Of a stretch of DNA of 64,000 bases, positions 19,274 to 28,964 are shown in pieces. This stretch comes from a virus. Lineage: Duplodnaviria > Heunggongvirae > Uroviricota > Caudoviricetes. The notes beneath the pieces are model-generated. The model saw only the letters and a program-made list of their open reading frames with translations. It was not told where the DNA came from and did no database searches. Location: IMG/VR virus record IMGVR_UViG_3300045988_155182; one strand, 5' to 3'. Position numbers and translations under genes: made by a program. Numbering within the stretch: the stretch's first letter is position 1; the number at the start of each line of letters is the position of its first letter.

Positions 19274-22200
19274 ATGAAGGCACTGATGGTTCGAACTGAC
19301 TTCTCACTTGGGGAGTCGGCTCTAAAAGCAGAAAACGCGGTGAAGATTGCCAGAGAAGCTGGCTACACCGCTGTAATTTCAGCAGATAGCATGAATATTG
19401 CAAGTGTTATTCCACTACAACGTGCCGCTGGTGACGACATGGCGGTTATTTGTGGTGTGAAACTAAACATTGTTGATGATCCCACATACGAGCACCGGGC
19501 TAAACTTGCTAAAGAATCTATGAGATGTATGGAATCATTAGAGCGGGGACGTAACTACTCGTTTACCGCTCTAATTAAAAATGAGCAAGGATATCGCGAC
19601 ATCTGCGAACTAATGACGGCGGCCAACACACGAGAACAGTTCTACTTTGTACCGCGTCTCTCGCTCGAACAGTTGGTTTCTACATATGCCAAAGGCAACA
19701 TCATCCTGCTTACTTCCGACATCGGTAGCGTGTTCCAACGCAACGATTTTGCAAAAATCATAAGCACACTGATTACAGCGGGTGGAAAAGACAACTTCTA
19801 TAGTGTGGTTTATCCGCATCCTACCCCATTCTACGACCAGATTAACGTCCGGGCGATGAAAGTCGCCAGCGCATTGAAAATAGAGCCAGTGGCGTTCTAT
19901 CCCGCTTATTACGAATCGATCGACGATGCAGACATTAAAGACATTGCGCACATGGTTACGAACAACATCAAAATCGACCAGCCGCATCGTCTGCGTATCC
20001 CCCACCAGCGAGATAACGCCGTCAATGGTCGCCGCCATCTCCTTGAGGCGCTTAAAGCCTTCTCCGTTCGCATGGATGTGCCGGTAACAGCTGCAATGGC
20101 CTCAACAACGCAGGATACCATTATCGATGCCTGCACATGGCGCTGGCATGAATTGCCGCCAGCACTGCCAAAGATGGCAGACGACGAGCCTGCAACGCTT
20201 ATGAAACTGGCTGTTGCAGGGCTGCGTAAACGTCTTACCACAAAAGAGTTTGGATACACACCACCTGCTTCAGAGAACAGGGTTTATGTTGAGCGGCTAA
20301 AGTACGAAATGGACACGCTGACTCGCCTGGGATTTTGTGGTTACTTCCTGATGGTACGCGATCTGATGAATCATAGTCGTGAAACTGGCATTCCCGTTGG
20401 GCCTGGTCGTGGTTCCTCTGCCGGTTCTCTGGTGGCGTGGTGCATAGGCATAACCAACGTCGACCCAATCCGTCACGGTCTTCTGTTTGAGCGTTTCATC
20501 AACCCTGAGCGTCTCGACTTGCCGGATGCGGACTTGGACTTCAGCCAGGCACGTCGCCATGAGGTGATCGAGTATCTGAATGAACGCTACGGCGAAGATT
20601 ACGTTGCGGGTATTCCGAACTTCACCTACCTGGGCGCAGCCTCTGCACTACGTGATACCGCTCGTATTTATGGTGTGGAGTCCGCAGATATGGCGGTATC
20701 AAAAGAACTGAAGAACGCTGAGGATGATAGCCTTCCATTGGAAGAACTGCGCGAACAACTGGCAAGTCTCGACAAATACGCAACAAAATATCCTGATGCA
20801 TTCAATGCAGCCTGCAAGTTACAAAGCCTTATGCGTGGCTTTGGTAGACATGCGGCAGGGATGATCGTAGCAGGTGTTCCTCTGACAGAACGTACACCGG
20901 TTGAGCGCCGTGGTGACGCGCGTTGTATCGCATTTGACAAGCGTTACTGCGAGGCTATGGGCCTAATTAAGCTGGACGTGCTTGGCCTGGCAACTCTCGA
21001 TTTGCTCGATAGTGCAAAACGCTACATAAAAGAGAACACAGGTGAAGATATCAATCTTGATGCCATTTCTCTTGAAGATCGCAAGGTGCTGGATGGTTTT
21101 GCTGCTGGGTACACTCAAGGTGTTTTCCAGCTTGAATCAGGCCCAATGCGCAAGCTGCTTAAAGATTTAGGTGGTGGAATTGAGCCAATGAGCTTTAAAA
21201 CGGTCGTCGCTACAACTGCGCTCTTCCGGCCGGGGCCAATTCAATCAGGCATGTTGGATGACTATGTTTCTGTCGCCAAAGGCTTTATGACGCCGGAATC
21301 ATTACACCCCGTTCTTGATGAACTTACCGCGGAAACAAATGGCGTGATTCTCTATCAGGAACAGACGATGAACGCGACTCGATTGCTTGCCGGCTTCACA
21401 ATGGCTGAAGCTGACGCTGTGCGTTCCGCAATCGGTAAGAAGAACATGGAAAAAATGAAGAGCATGGGCGAGAAGTTCATCGTTCAGGCTCAAGCTGGCT
21501 GGATAGACGTTGAGCTGGAAGATGGCACTACACAGCGCATTCACCGTGCGGAACATTTTAAATGCGAAGACGGAACTCTGAAAACTGTCGAAGAGGCACT
21601 TGAGCACGGCGCAAAACTACCTATAAACGCAGTACGCGTTACAGCGTCACATCCAGGGCTATCAGAGATGAAAGCGAAGGAGATCTGGACCGCATTTGAG
21701 AAAAACGGAGCCTATCAGTTCAATAAATCACACTCCGTTGCTTATTCTTTAATCAGTTATCAGTCTATGTGGCTAAAGACGCACTACCCTGCTGAGTTCT
21801 TCGCAGCTGCGCTCACCATTCTGGGCGAGGATAAGCATCAGGGGCTGGTGAAGGATGCGCTGACCTATGGCATTCGCGTATTGCCACCAGACGTTAATGT
21901 GTCATCTAACCGAATTGAGATCCGCACACTCGAAGACGGCAGTCAGGCACTGTATGCGCCATTCTCTGCTGTGAAAGGCTGTTCTGAAAATGGTTGTCAG
22001 GCAATTATGCGTGCGCGTGAGAAAGTTGGTGGCAAATTCGAGTCAGTGGCACAATTCGATGAAGCGGTCGAGAAGCGTGCATGTAACAGTCGTGTACGCG
22101 AGTCGCTTCATAAAGTAGGGGCTTTTGCGTCAATTGAGCCAGGCAGTCTGCCAGCAACTGATCCTGAACGACTGCGCGACCAGGCTGAGCTGATGGGCAA

Positions 22201-22792
22201 TCTCATCATTGACGCTGTTAAAGCATCACGTCCGTTCGAAATGAATCCTAAGCGTTCTGCCGAAATCAACGTACTCATGACACGTATGGCGGCTGAAATG
22301 GGCTTGGGTGAGGAGTTGATACGCCCGACTATTGGTATTAAACCCAAAATCATGATCATTCTGGACAATGCGAACGGCAATGACGCTCGTACCGGCTACT
22401 TCATGGAGAACGGATACGACGACTTTAAGGCAAAACTACTGACAGTTGGAGATCTGCGCATGGGCGATCTTTATGTCACGGGTGTTTGTAAGAAGGTTAA
22501 GGACAAAGAGAAAGACTATACCAAAGACGAGATAGGCCAGTTCACAGACTTTATGCGGGAAGAAATTAATCTTGTACGACCAACCTACATTTTGACGTGT
22601 GGTAGTCGTTCAACCGCACTATTTAACAATAAGAGTAAACCATCAGATCTGATTGGTCGTAAGGAGTACTTCCCAGAGCTTGATGCAACCGTCTTCTACG
22701 GATTTAACCCGAATATCCTGTACTTCCGACCGGAAGAAGGAGAGCGACTGGAGGCCATTCTGGCTGATATCGCGGAGACAATGAATAAGTAA
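19274..22792 (+). CDS. dnaE: DNA polymerase III alpha subunit (DnaE-type, PHP domain plus polymerase core)
   Basis: 1172 aa; GFCGYFLMVRDL...IPVGPGRGSSAGSLVAWCIGIT...LLFERFINPER and YQFNKSHSVAYSLISYQSMWLKTHYPAEF closely parallel E. coli DnaE motifs. Confidence 0.92.
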   Translation: MKALMVRTDFSLGESALKAENAVKIAREAGYTAVISADSMNIASVIPLQRAAGDDMAVICGVKLNIVDDPTYEHRAKLAKESMRCMESLERGRNYSFTALIKNEQGYRDICELMTAANTREQFYFVPRLSLEQLVSTYAKGNIILLTSDIGSVFQRNDFAKIISTLITAGGKDNFYSVVYPHPTPFYDQINVRAMKVASALKIEPVAFYPAYYESIDDADIKDIAHMVTNNIKIDQPHRLRIPHQRDNAVNGRRHLLEALKAFSVRMDVPVTAAMASTTQDTIIDACTWRWHELPPALPKMADDEPATLMKLAVAGLRKRLTTKEFGYTPPASENRVYVERLKYEMDTLTRLGFCGYFLMVRDLMNHSRETGIPVGPGRGSSAGSLVAWCIGITNVDPIRHGLLFERFINPERLDLPDADLDFSQARRHEVIEYLNERYGEDYVAGIPNFTYLGAASALRDTARIYGVESADMAVSKELKNAEDDSLPLEELREQLASLDKYATKYPDAFNAACKLQSLMRGFGRHAAGMIVAGVPLTERTPVERRGDARCIAFDKRYCEAMGLIKLDVLGLATLDLLDSAKRYIKENTGEDINLDAISLEDRKVLDGFAAGYTQGVFQLESGPMRKLLKDLGGGIEPMSFKTVVATTALFRPGPIQSGMLDDYVSVAKGFMTPESLHPVLDELTAETNGVILYQEQTMNATRLLAGFTMAEADAVRSAIGKKNMEKMKSMGEKFIVQAQAGWIDVELEDGTTQRIHRAEHFKCEDGTLKTVEEALEHGAKLPINAVRVTASHPGLSEMKAKEIWTAFEKNGAYQFNKSHSVAYSLISYQSMWLKTHYPAEFFAAALTILGEDKHQGLVKDALTYGIRVLPPDVNVSSNRIEIRTLEDGSQALYAPFSAVKGCSENGCQAIMRAREKVGGKFESVAQFDEAVEKRACNSRVRESLHKVGAFASIEPGSLPATDPERLRDQAELMGNLIIDAVKASRPFEMNPKRSAEINVLMTRMAAEMGLGEELIRPTIGIKPKIMIILDNANGNDARTGYFMENGYDDFKAKLLTVGDLRMGDLYVTGVCKKVKDKEKDYTKDEIGQFTDFMREEINLVRPTYILTCGSRSTALFNNKSKPSDLIGRKEYFPELDATVFYGFNPNILYFRPEEGERLEAILADIAETMNK

Positions 22793-22796
22793 TAAA

Positions 22797-22822
22797 GAAA
22801 ACCCGCCTGTTGGCGGGTTTAT
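22797..22822 (+). terminator. Hairpin terminator after the polymerase gene
   Basis: aaacccgcc tgtt ggcgggttt. Confidence 0.55.
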
Positions 22823-23095
22823 AAAGAATTATGGCGCTTGTTGAGGAAGTCACTCCTCTTACGCACTTTGTTTTGCCATGCCGGCAGTTAGCTTCTGCCT
22901 TTGACTATTCATGCGGCAACCCCGCATTTCGCCACAATGGGCAATTCACTTTTATGGAATAAACTGGCCGTTGTGTCGATTTAATTAGCATGGCCTTACC
23001 ATGCTAATTTATTCAACTTGTACAATCCTACAAATCTATCCACTCAGGCTTACACCGTCTTCGTTATTGTAGAAATGAGGATCATCAGCGTTGAA

Positions 23096-23311
23096 TCAGC
23101 TTAGAGCAACGACATTTGCTGCTGCTGGGCCTTTAGCACCATTCTCGATAGAGAATTCGACCTGCTGGCCTTCTTCCAAAGTGCGGAAATTATTACTCTG
23201 AATTGCCGAAAAATGTACAAAAACATCTTTACTGCCATCAGCAGGAGAAATAAAGCCAAAGCCTTTATCAGAGTTAAACCATTTTACTAAACCAGTCATT
23301 TTATTAGACAT
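23096..23311 (-). CDS. Cold-shock protein, CspA family
   Basis: [38 protein letters not shown]... with RNP motifs; start reassigned to the internal ATG at 23309-23311. Confidence 0.85.
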   Translation of the reverse strand: MSNKMTGLVKWFNSDKGFGFISPADGSKDVFVHFSAIQSNNFRTLEEGQQVEFSIENGAKGPAAANVVALS

Positions 23312-23640
23312 AGATATTACCTTCTTAATTTTGTGAGCCACATAGTGCGGCGAGAATTTGATCTGTATAGATTGGGACTTACTTAGGCACTTAAGGAGGA
23401 GACTCACGAAGAAGGGAAATCAGAAGATAACACTGAACTGAGACTGCTTTACTAAAACTGCTTACATAAGGTCTGTCTTGCAAACCAACGATGCTATTAA
23501 CGCATACCCCTTCTTTTCATGCAACCTTTATTTTTCAAAGATAACTAATTTTTGTCACCATTGGTTTAGTAAACGTTAACGAACCAGACGATGCCAGACA
23601 CCTTTACAGAGAACAGATGCCCGCCAATTGGCGGGCATCA

Positions 23641-24204
23641 TTATGCGCATTTCGCAATATCTTTGCGGCGTTTAATCAGTTTCTCCGCAATTTGCTCTAT
23701 TTCGTTGAAATCTTTCGAGACGCTGTTTCGAAGCGCCAGATTCCATTTACTCAAAGTTCGGGCATTTTGGACAATTTGATCGCCCTCTTTAAGTCGTCCG
23801 TTATTCATGAGCCATTCAGCCACATCAGCCCAATCCCAGAGAGGAGACTGGCCTTTTATGCGTTGTACAGGGCAAGGGAAGTCGCCGCTTCCGCGCTTAC
23901 CGTCTTTGAGCAACGCCACTGCCTGGCGAGACAGGTCTGTCAGTTCCGCGATATCACTTAAGCCCACAAGAGCCGAGTCGACGGATTCAACAATTGCACC
24001 GATACCGGCTGATTCAATATTGTCGACCGCAGATGCGATAGCTGCATCAAGTGATTGTGCTTCGCGGTCAAATTCTACATAGACGGAGTTTCCATATGCG
24101 CAAATTAGCGCATCGTCACAGCCGTTTTGGTACAGCGCGTCTTCCAGTCCTTCCGTCTCATACGATACGCCTGAGAGCGTCAGAGTGAAGTTATAAAGCG
24201 CCAT
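23641..24204 (-). CDS. Hypothetical protein; possible antitoxin partner of the upstream HicA-like gene
   Basis: 187 aa from MALYNFTLTL...; ATG at 24202-24204 preceded by an AGGAAAA RBS; immediately downstream of 24265..24489 on the same strand. Confidence 0.35.
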   Translation of the reverse strand: MALYNFTLTLSGVSYETEGLEDALYQNGCDDALICAYGNSVYVEFDREAQSLDAAIASAVDNIESAGIGAIVESVDSALVGLSDIAELTDLSRQAVALLKDGKRGSGDFPCPVQRIKGQSPLWDWADVAEWLMNNGRLKEGDQIVQNARTLSKWNLALRNSVSKDFNEIEQIAEKLIKRRKDIAKCA

Positions 24205-24264
24205 AGTTTTCCTTTGAAGATAGTTGGACAGTTTCTGCAAAAGGCGGCTAATGCCGCCTTGAAA

Positions 24265-24489
24265 TCATTTACAACGATCAACCATTCGTTTGATCTGTTT
24301 GGCATGGTTTTCGGGATTACCCGGAGTCGACCATACGCTCATTTGGTGAGTTTTGTGTTCACCTTCTGGATTACCGCATCGCAGTCTGCAAAAACAATGT
24401 GCAGCACCACCAGCAGCTACCCAGATCCAGCCTTTACTTAATGCATAGTCAATGGCTGCTTGAATATGCTTATTCGGATGTTGCTTCAT
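24265..24489 (-). CDS. Small HicA-like (YcfA-fold) protein, putative toxin
   Basis: 74 aa; LSKGWIWVAAGGAAH resembles the HicA KxGW...GSHH region. Confidence 0.3.
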   Translation of the reverse strand: MKQHPNKHIQAAIDYALSKGWIWVAAGGAAHCFCRLRCGNPEGEHKTHQMSVWSTPGNPENHAKQIKRMVDRCK

Positions 24490-24770
24490 TCGCCTCCGAT
24501 AATAGTATTCTATTCACAGTGTTGACATCTGTCAACGGCGACTGAATTTCATCCGTTCATGCCACACCCCCATCCATCTCATGTATGTGACCTAAAGATG
24601 GTCAGCACAGCTTACCAAAATAAGACAACTAATTATCTTCGGTGATCTCAATATTTTCCCCTGAACAAAGTTGACATGACGCCATAAACCCGTTCTCTGT
24701 TTGATATAATTGATACAGATTTTATAAGTAGGAACCTATTAGAGTGAACACTGATATTTTTTCTAAAATC

Positions 24771-25175
24771 ATGGCCGATCTGGAGTTCGACCGCGACAAC
24801 CTTGAGGAAGTATGGCGTAAACAGCCACGGCTTTTAATGGAGTATGGGTCAAAACTAGCGCAGGCAGATCGAGATGTCGCAGAGGCAAAACTTAACCTTG
24901 AAGCTGTTGAAGCAAAGCTATACGACACAGAGCGTAAGAACTTGAGTATGAACGGCATTAAGTTCAACGAGTCTGTACTGGACGCTAAGGTTAAAACAAA
25001 CCCACAGTATCTGTCTAAACGGCAGAAGTTGGATGAAGCACGGCACATCGCAGACATATACAAACATGCTGTCGCCGCCTTTTCGCATCGCCGAGACATG
25101 ATCGTTCAGGCGTCAAAGATGGCCATCGTTGAATTAGAGCGATTAGGCTCTGAACGCTTTATTACTCCCCGTTGA
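24771..25175 (+). CDS. Hypothetical coiled-coil protein
   Basis: Track ORF 24744..25175 starts with GTG; first ATG at 24771; start uncertain. Confidence 0.3.
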   Translation: MADLEFDRDNLEEVWRKQPRLLMEYGSKLAQADRDVAEAKLNLEAVEAKLYDTERKNLSMNGIKFNESVLDAKVKTNPQYLSKRQKLDEARHIADIYKHAVAAFSHRRDMIVQASKMAIVELERLGSERFITPR

Positions 25176-25292
25176 TTTTTGATAGATAATAAGTAAGTAC
25201 TGATCTATCATTTAACAGCTCGAAAGAGCCACGAATGAACGAAAGCCCAACGCGCATAGCGCCATCGGCCAAATCACAACAAGGAGAAACAC

Positions 25293-26321
25293 ATGTCTAA
25301 GACATTACTTGATTTGCTTAACAAAACTCGTGAAGACATTGCCGCCAAACGTGGTAACAACGTTGATCTGACTCGCTTAAAAGATGGCGTCAACTATATC
25401 CGTATCTTCCCGAATAAGGACGACCCAAACGGTAAGTTCTTCCAGACTTTCGGTATGCACTACGTTAAGTATCAGAACGAGGACGGTAAAGAAGCCACCA
25501 ACGCTTATATTTGTGAGCAACATACTCACGGTCGCGCTTGTCAGCTATGCGAAATGGTGATGGAAGGTCGCGCTCGTCACAAGGGTAACAAAGCAATGGA
25601 AGAGCGCATCGGCCAAATGCGCGCCACTCCTCGCTACCTGGTCAATGGCATTCTTTCTGCTCGTGAGGATTTCGCAGATGCTGAGAAATGCCAGTTAATC
25701 GAGCTGCCGTCTACTGTATTCGATGATATCTGCAAAGCAATCACCGAAGACATCGCTGATGATATCGGCAATCCACTGAGCAAAGAGGAAGGCTACGCAT
25801 TCCTGATTAAACGTACTGGCTCTGGTCGCGATACCAAATATGACGTCTCGCCTAAGCGTAAAGTCTACAAAGGCGATATCGAAGATAAATTCTGGAACAC
25901 CCAGCATGATCTGATCGCATACGCAAATCAGGCTGATGAAACTCGTCTTCTGTCGACAGTTCGCACTATGGGTCGTCTGATTGGCATCGCTGCACCAACT
26001 GCCGCAGCATCTGCACCAGCAATTTCCTCAACCGCGAAAACATCGGCTGCGGCACTACCTGGATTTGGCTCTGTCACTGGTCATACAGAAGGAGCGACGG
26101 CTGTAGCAACCGCGCACACACCGGCTTCTGAACCAACCAGTCTGGTTGATGAAGAAATCCTCCGTGCCGTTGAAACTGAATTTAAACCAGAGGCAAGTTC
26201 CGCTGCCGTTGCCGTATCAGTCAAAGAGTCTGAAGCAGTCGCAGCGACATCTGTAGCAACCGCATCTGCGACGGAAGATGAAGGTCTGGATGACCTACTG
26301 AGAGAGCTGGACTCTCTGTAA
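25293..26321 (+). CDS. Single-stranded DNA-binding protein, T4 gp32-like
   Basis: N-terminal basic region, Cys/His cluster (CEQHTHGRACQLC) resembling the gp32 zinc subdomain, long A/S/T-rich linker and acidic C-terminal tail (EDEGLDDLLRELDSL). Confidence 0.55.
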   Translation: MSKTLLDLLNKTREDIAAKRGNNVDLTRLKDGVNYIRIFPNKDDPNGKFFQTFGMHYVKYQNEDGKEATNAYICEQHTHGRACQLCEMVMEGRARHKGNKAMEERIGQMRATPRYLVNGILSAREDFADAEKCQLIELPSTVFDDICKAITEDIADDIGNPLSKEEGYAFLIKRTGSGRDTKYDVSPKRKVYKGDIEDKFWNTQHDLIAYANQADETRLLSTVRTMGRLIGIAAPTAAASAPAISSTAKTSAAALPGFGSVTGHTEGATAVATAHTPASEPTSLVDEEILRAVETEFKPEASSAAVAVSVKESEAVAATSVATASATEDEGLDDLLRELDSL

Positions 26322-26337
26322 TCCCATTACGTGACCA

Positions 26338-26367
26338 GTAAGGCGTCTACGGACGCCTTACTTTTTG
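26338..26367 (+). terminator. Hairpin terminator after the SSB gene
   Basis: taaggcgtc tacg gacgcctta followed by ctttttgg. Confidence 0.5.
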
Positions 26368-26381
26368 GAAGGAATGTACCG

Positions 26382-27326
26382 GTGAATTATCTCTTCGTAG
26401 ATGGCAATAGCCTGGGTTATTACCACCAACAATCTGACAAATTGCACAACGGCGAAATGGAAGTACAGGCTGCTTTCGGCTTTGTTAAGAACGTCCGTCG
26501 TTATGCCTCCATCCTCCATGCCCGACCTATGATTCTTTGGGATGGATTTAGTGACAAGCGTCGCGACTTTTACCCGGACTACAAGGCAAATCGCGACGAC
26601 GATCCTGATATGAAAAAGATGAAGGAAGGCTTTGCTATCCAGAAGCCATACATCCTCAAAATGATGACCGCGCTTGGAGTTACCCAACTCATTGCAAAAG
26701 ATGCAGAAGCGGATGATCTGGCCGGGCTGCTGGTATCCCGCATGGCACCGCAGCCAACCGTTGAACACATCTATCTGTTAACAGGCGATAGCGACTGGCT
26801 TCAGTTAGTTCGCGAAAACGTAAGCTGGGTAAGCCTGCGTGAAGAAGCCAAAAACAAGCAGGTTAATTTTGAGCAATTTGCGGAGCTGACAGGATTCGCC
26901 ACGCCTCGCGCATTTTTGGAAGCAAAAGCATTACAAGGCGATAACTCGGACAACATTAGCGGTGTTGGTGGCATTGGTGCTGGCGGTGCGAAAGAGCTGC
27001 TGCATGAATGGGGAAGTGTCGCAACGATGGTACGCGGCATCAACGACGGCTCAATCGTGGTTAATAAAGGGCGTCATAAGACCGCCTTCAACAAACTAGC
27101 GAAGAATGCCTTCAACGAGAAAACAGGCTGTCGAATGCTCGAAGCGTTCAAGAGAAACATCACGCTAATGAACCTGATTGAGACGAAGTTTCCGCCTACC
27201 GAAATCGAAACAATCAAAGGCAATCGTGACGTGAAAGCATTCGAGCAACTGTGCTACGAGCTGAATTTCCGTTCGTTCCTTGAAGACCTTGAAGTGTTTG
27301 TTCTTCCATTCGAAAGGTATTGCTAA
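26382..27326 (+). CDS. Flap endonuclease / 5'-3' exonuclease (T4 RNase H, Pol I 5'-exo family)
   Basis: Motifs YKANRDDDPD, LIAKDAEADDLAG, LLTGDSDWLQL, QGDNSDNISGVGGIGAGGAKEL; start set to the GTG at 26382 after a GGAAGGA RBS because the track start lies inside the upstream terminator. Confidence 0.8.
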   Translation: MNYLFVDGNSLGYYHQQSDKLHNGEMEVQAAFGFVKNVRRYASILHARPMILWDGFSDKRRDFYPDYKANRDDDPDMKKMKEGFAIQKPYILKMMTALGVTQLIAKDAEADDLAGLLVSRMAPQPTVEHIYLLTGDSDWLQLVRENVSWVSLREEAKNKQVNFEQFAELTGFATPRAFLEAKALQGDNSDNISGVGGIGAGGAKELLHEWGSVATMVRGINDGSIVVNKGRHKTAFNKLAKNAFNEKTGCRMLEAFKRNITLMNLIETKFPPTEIETIKGNRDVKAFEQLCYELNFRSFLEDLEVFVLPFERYC

Positions 27327-27592
27327 TGCTTAAATCGATTATCAATGGCGCTACAACCACCCCTGCCCAACTGGCAAAAGAGATTGTCTTTTATCACGGT
27401 GAGTACGCTGTCATCGCACTGCCGTCAATTCTAGGCGCTGCCGGAATGAAAGCGACAGATCGCGAGTTTGGATTAGTCAGCGAGCAGGTCGTAAAAATCC
27501 TCGCTCGTGTATCCAGACTCCTTAACCACGATGCGATTGTATTCGATGAATCCGCCGCTTTAAAACGAATCAACGAAACAAAAGGAGCCTGA
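27326..27592 (+). CDS. Hypothetical protein
   Basis: ATG at 27326 overlapping the upstream stop (TAATG); 88 aa. Confidence 0.3.
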   Translation: MLKSIINGATTTPAQLAKEIVFYHGEYAVIALPSILGAAGMKATDREFGLVSEQVVKILARVSRLLNHDAIVFDESAALKRINETKGA

Positions 27593-27594
27593 TC

Positions 27595-28668
27595 ATGGCA
27601 AAAGGAAAATCCGCACTGGCACTTGCTCTGAAAAAGAAAATCGGTAGCAACGACGAAATTCAGAAAGTAACTCATTGGATTGATACAGGCTTTCCACCGT
27701 TAAACAAAGCTATTTCTGGTCGTTACGATGGCGGCTTCCCATGTGGTCGTATCGTCGAAGTATTCGGTCCTCCAAGTGCAGGGAAAACGTTCCTTGCAAC
27801 AGCAGCGATGATCTCCGCTCAAAAACAAGATGGTCTGGCGGTATTCCTCGATCATGAAAACAGTTTTGACGTTGGCCTGGCTGTCGCCAATGGCCTGAAC
27901 GCAGATGAGGATGACGGTCAGTGGGTATACAAGCAGCCAGATACCTTCGAAGACTCTGTAGAGTTGATCGGCACAATACTTAAATTGGTTCGTGATGAAG
28001 AGCTTATCCCTGAATCAGCACCTATCTGTATCGTGGCTGACTCTCTTGCGTCTATGGTTCCGAACTCCAAAGCCGAGAAGTTCGAAAAGATGGCTGAAGG
28101 CACTGCCAAAGACAAAGATCAGCTAAACATGAACGACAATACGGCACTGGCTCGTGCGACGAGTGCGAACTTCCCTACTCTGGCTTTGTGGGCACGCAAA
28201 TACAACGCCTGCATCATCTTCTTGAATCAGGTTCGCACAAAAATCGGTGTAATGTTTGGCGACCCTACTACGTCGCCAGGTGGAGATTCACCGAAGTTCT
28301 ACGCTTCTGTACGTATCCGTCTTGGTGCATCGGTGATGAAGGATGGTAAAGAGAAGATCGGCCAGGACGTAGGCGCAGAATGCATCAAAAACAAAGTTGC
28401 ACCACCGTATGGCAAATGCACCTGGAAATTCTACTTCGATCCTACTCGTGGCCTCGACGTTATCGAATCGCTCGTCGAGTACATGCTGGAAGAAGGATAC
28501 CTGCCAAAGAACGCCAGCGGGCGAGTTGAAATTGGTGACAAGAAATACACCAAATCGCAGATCGTTGAGATGTATCGGGAGAAGCCACTGGCTGAAATCA
28601 TTGCGGCTTTGCAGGCAATCGACGACCGAAGAGCAAAAGACAACCCCACCGAGTCAGTAGAAGAGTAA
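27595..28668 (+). CDS. RecA-superfamily recombinase (RecA/UvsX-like)
   Basis: Walker A GPPSAGKT in a RecA-like core (EVFGPPSAGKTFLA); 357 aa. Confidence 0.8.
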   Translation: MAKGKSALALALKKKIGSNDEIQKVTHWIDTGFPPLNKAISGRYDGGFPCGRIVEVFGPPSAGKTFLATAAMISAQKQDGLAVFLDHENSFDVGLAVANGLNADEDDGQWVYKQPDTFEDSVELIGTILKLVRDEELIPESAPICIVADSLASMVPNSKAEKFEKMAEGTAKDKDQLNMNDNTALARATSANFPTLALWARKYNACIIFLNQVRTKIGVMFGDPTTSPGGDSPKFYASVRIRLGASVMKDGKEKIGQDVGAECIKNKVAPPYGKCTWKFYFDPTRGLDVIESLVEYMLEEGYLPKNASGRVEIGDKKYTKSQIVEMYREKPLAEIIAALQAIDDRRAKDNPTESVEE

Positions 28669-28675
28669 ACACAAG

Positions 28676-28700
28676 GCGTCCACAGGACGCCTTTTTTATC
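28676..28700 (+). terminator. Rho-independent terminator after the recombinase gene
   Basis: ggcgtcc acag gacgcc followed by ttttttat. Confidence 0.65.
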
Positions 28701-28760
28701 TCTTGAAAATATATAAGTACTTACTTATTATTTTCGCATAACAACCACATAGGAAAACAC

Positions 28761-28961
28761 ATGATCAAAATCTATCTATTGGCAGTAGCCACAGGCCTTT
28801 CAGTGGCTCTCATCTACGGTTTACTGGTTCCGTCGCTGATTTCTACCAAGAGTGATTTAGCCGTCATGTTTGGAGTTATCGTTGGTTTTGGTGCTCCTGT
28901 AATCGGTCTTATTGCTGGTCGTAAGTTTATCAACTCATTAATCAAAGCAAAGGGGAAATAA
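28761..28961 (+). CDS. Small membrane protein
   Basis: 66 aa, two predicted hydrophobic helices; conserved aaaacacATG start context. Confidence 0.35.
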   Translation: MIKIYLLAVATGLSVALIYGLLVPSLISTKSDLAVMFGVIVGFGAPVIGLIAGRKFINSLIKAKGK

Positions 28962-28964
28962 GTA

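Noticed and set aside
19096-19299. 67-aa ORF between the AAA+ gene and the polymerase gene
   Set aside because: It starts with GTG, has no RBS and overlaps the polymerase start region; not reported as a gene, although a small coupled gene cannot be excluded.
19610-22380. Multiple 70-140 aa minus-strand ORFs inside the polymerase gene (and similar antisense ORFs inside nrdA, the vWA gene, the helicase and others)
   Set aside because: Each is antisense to a long, confidently identified gene; typical shadow ORFs.
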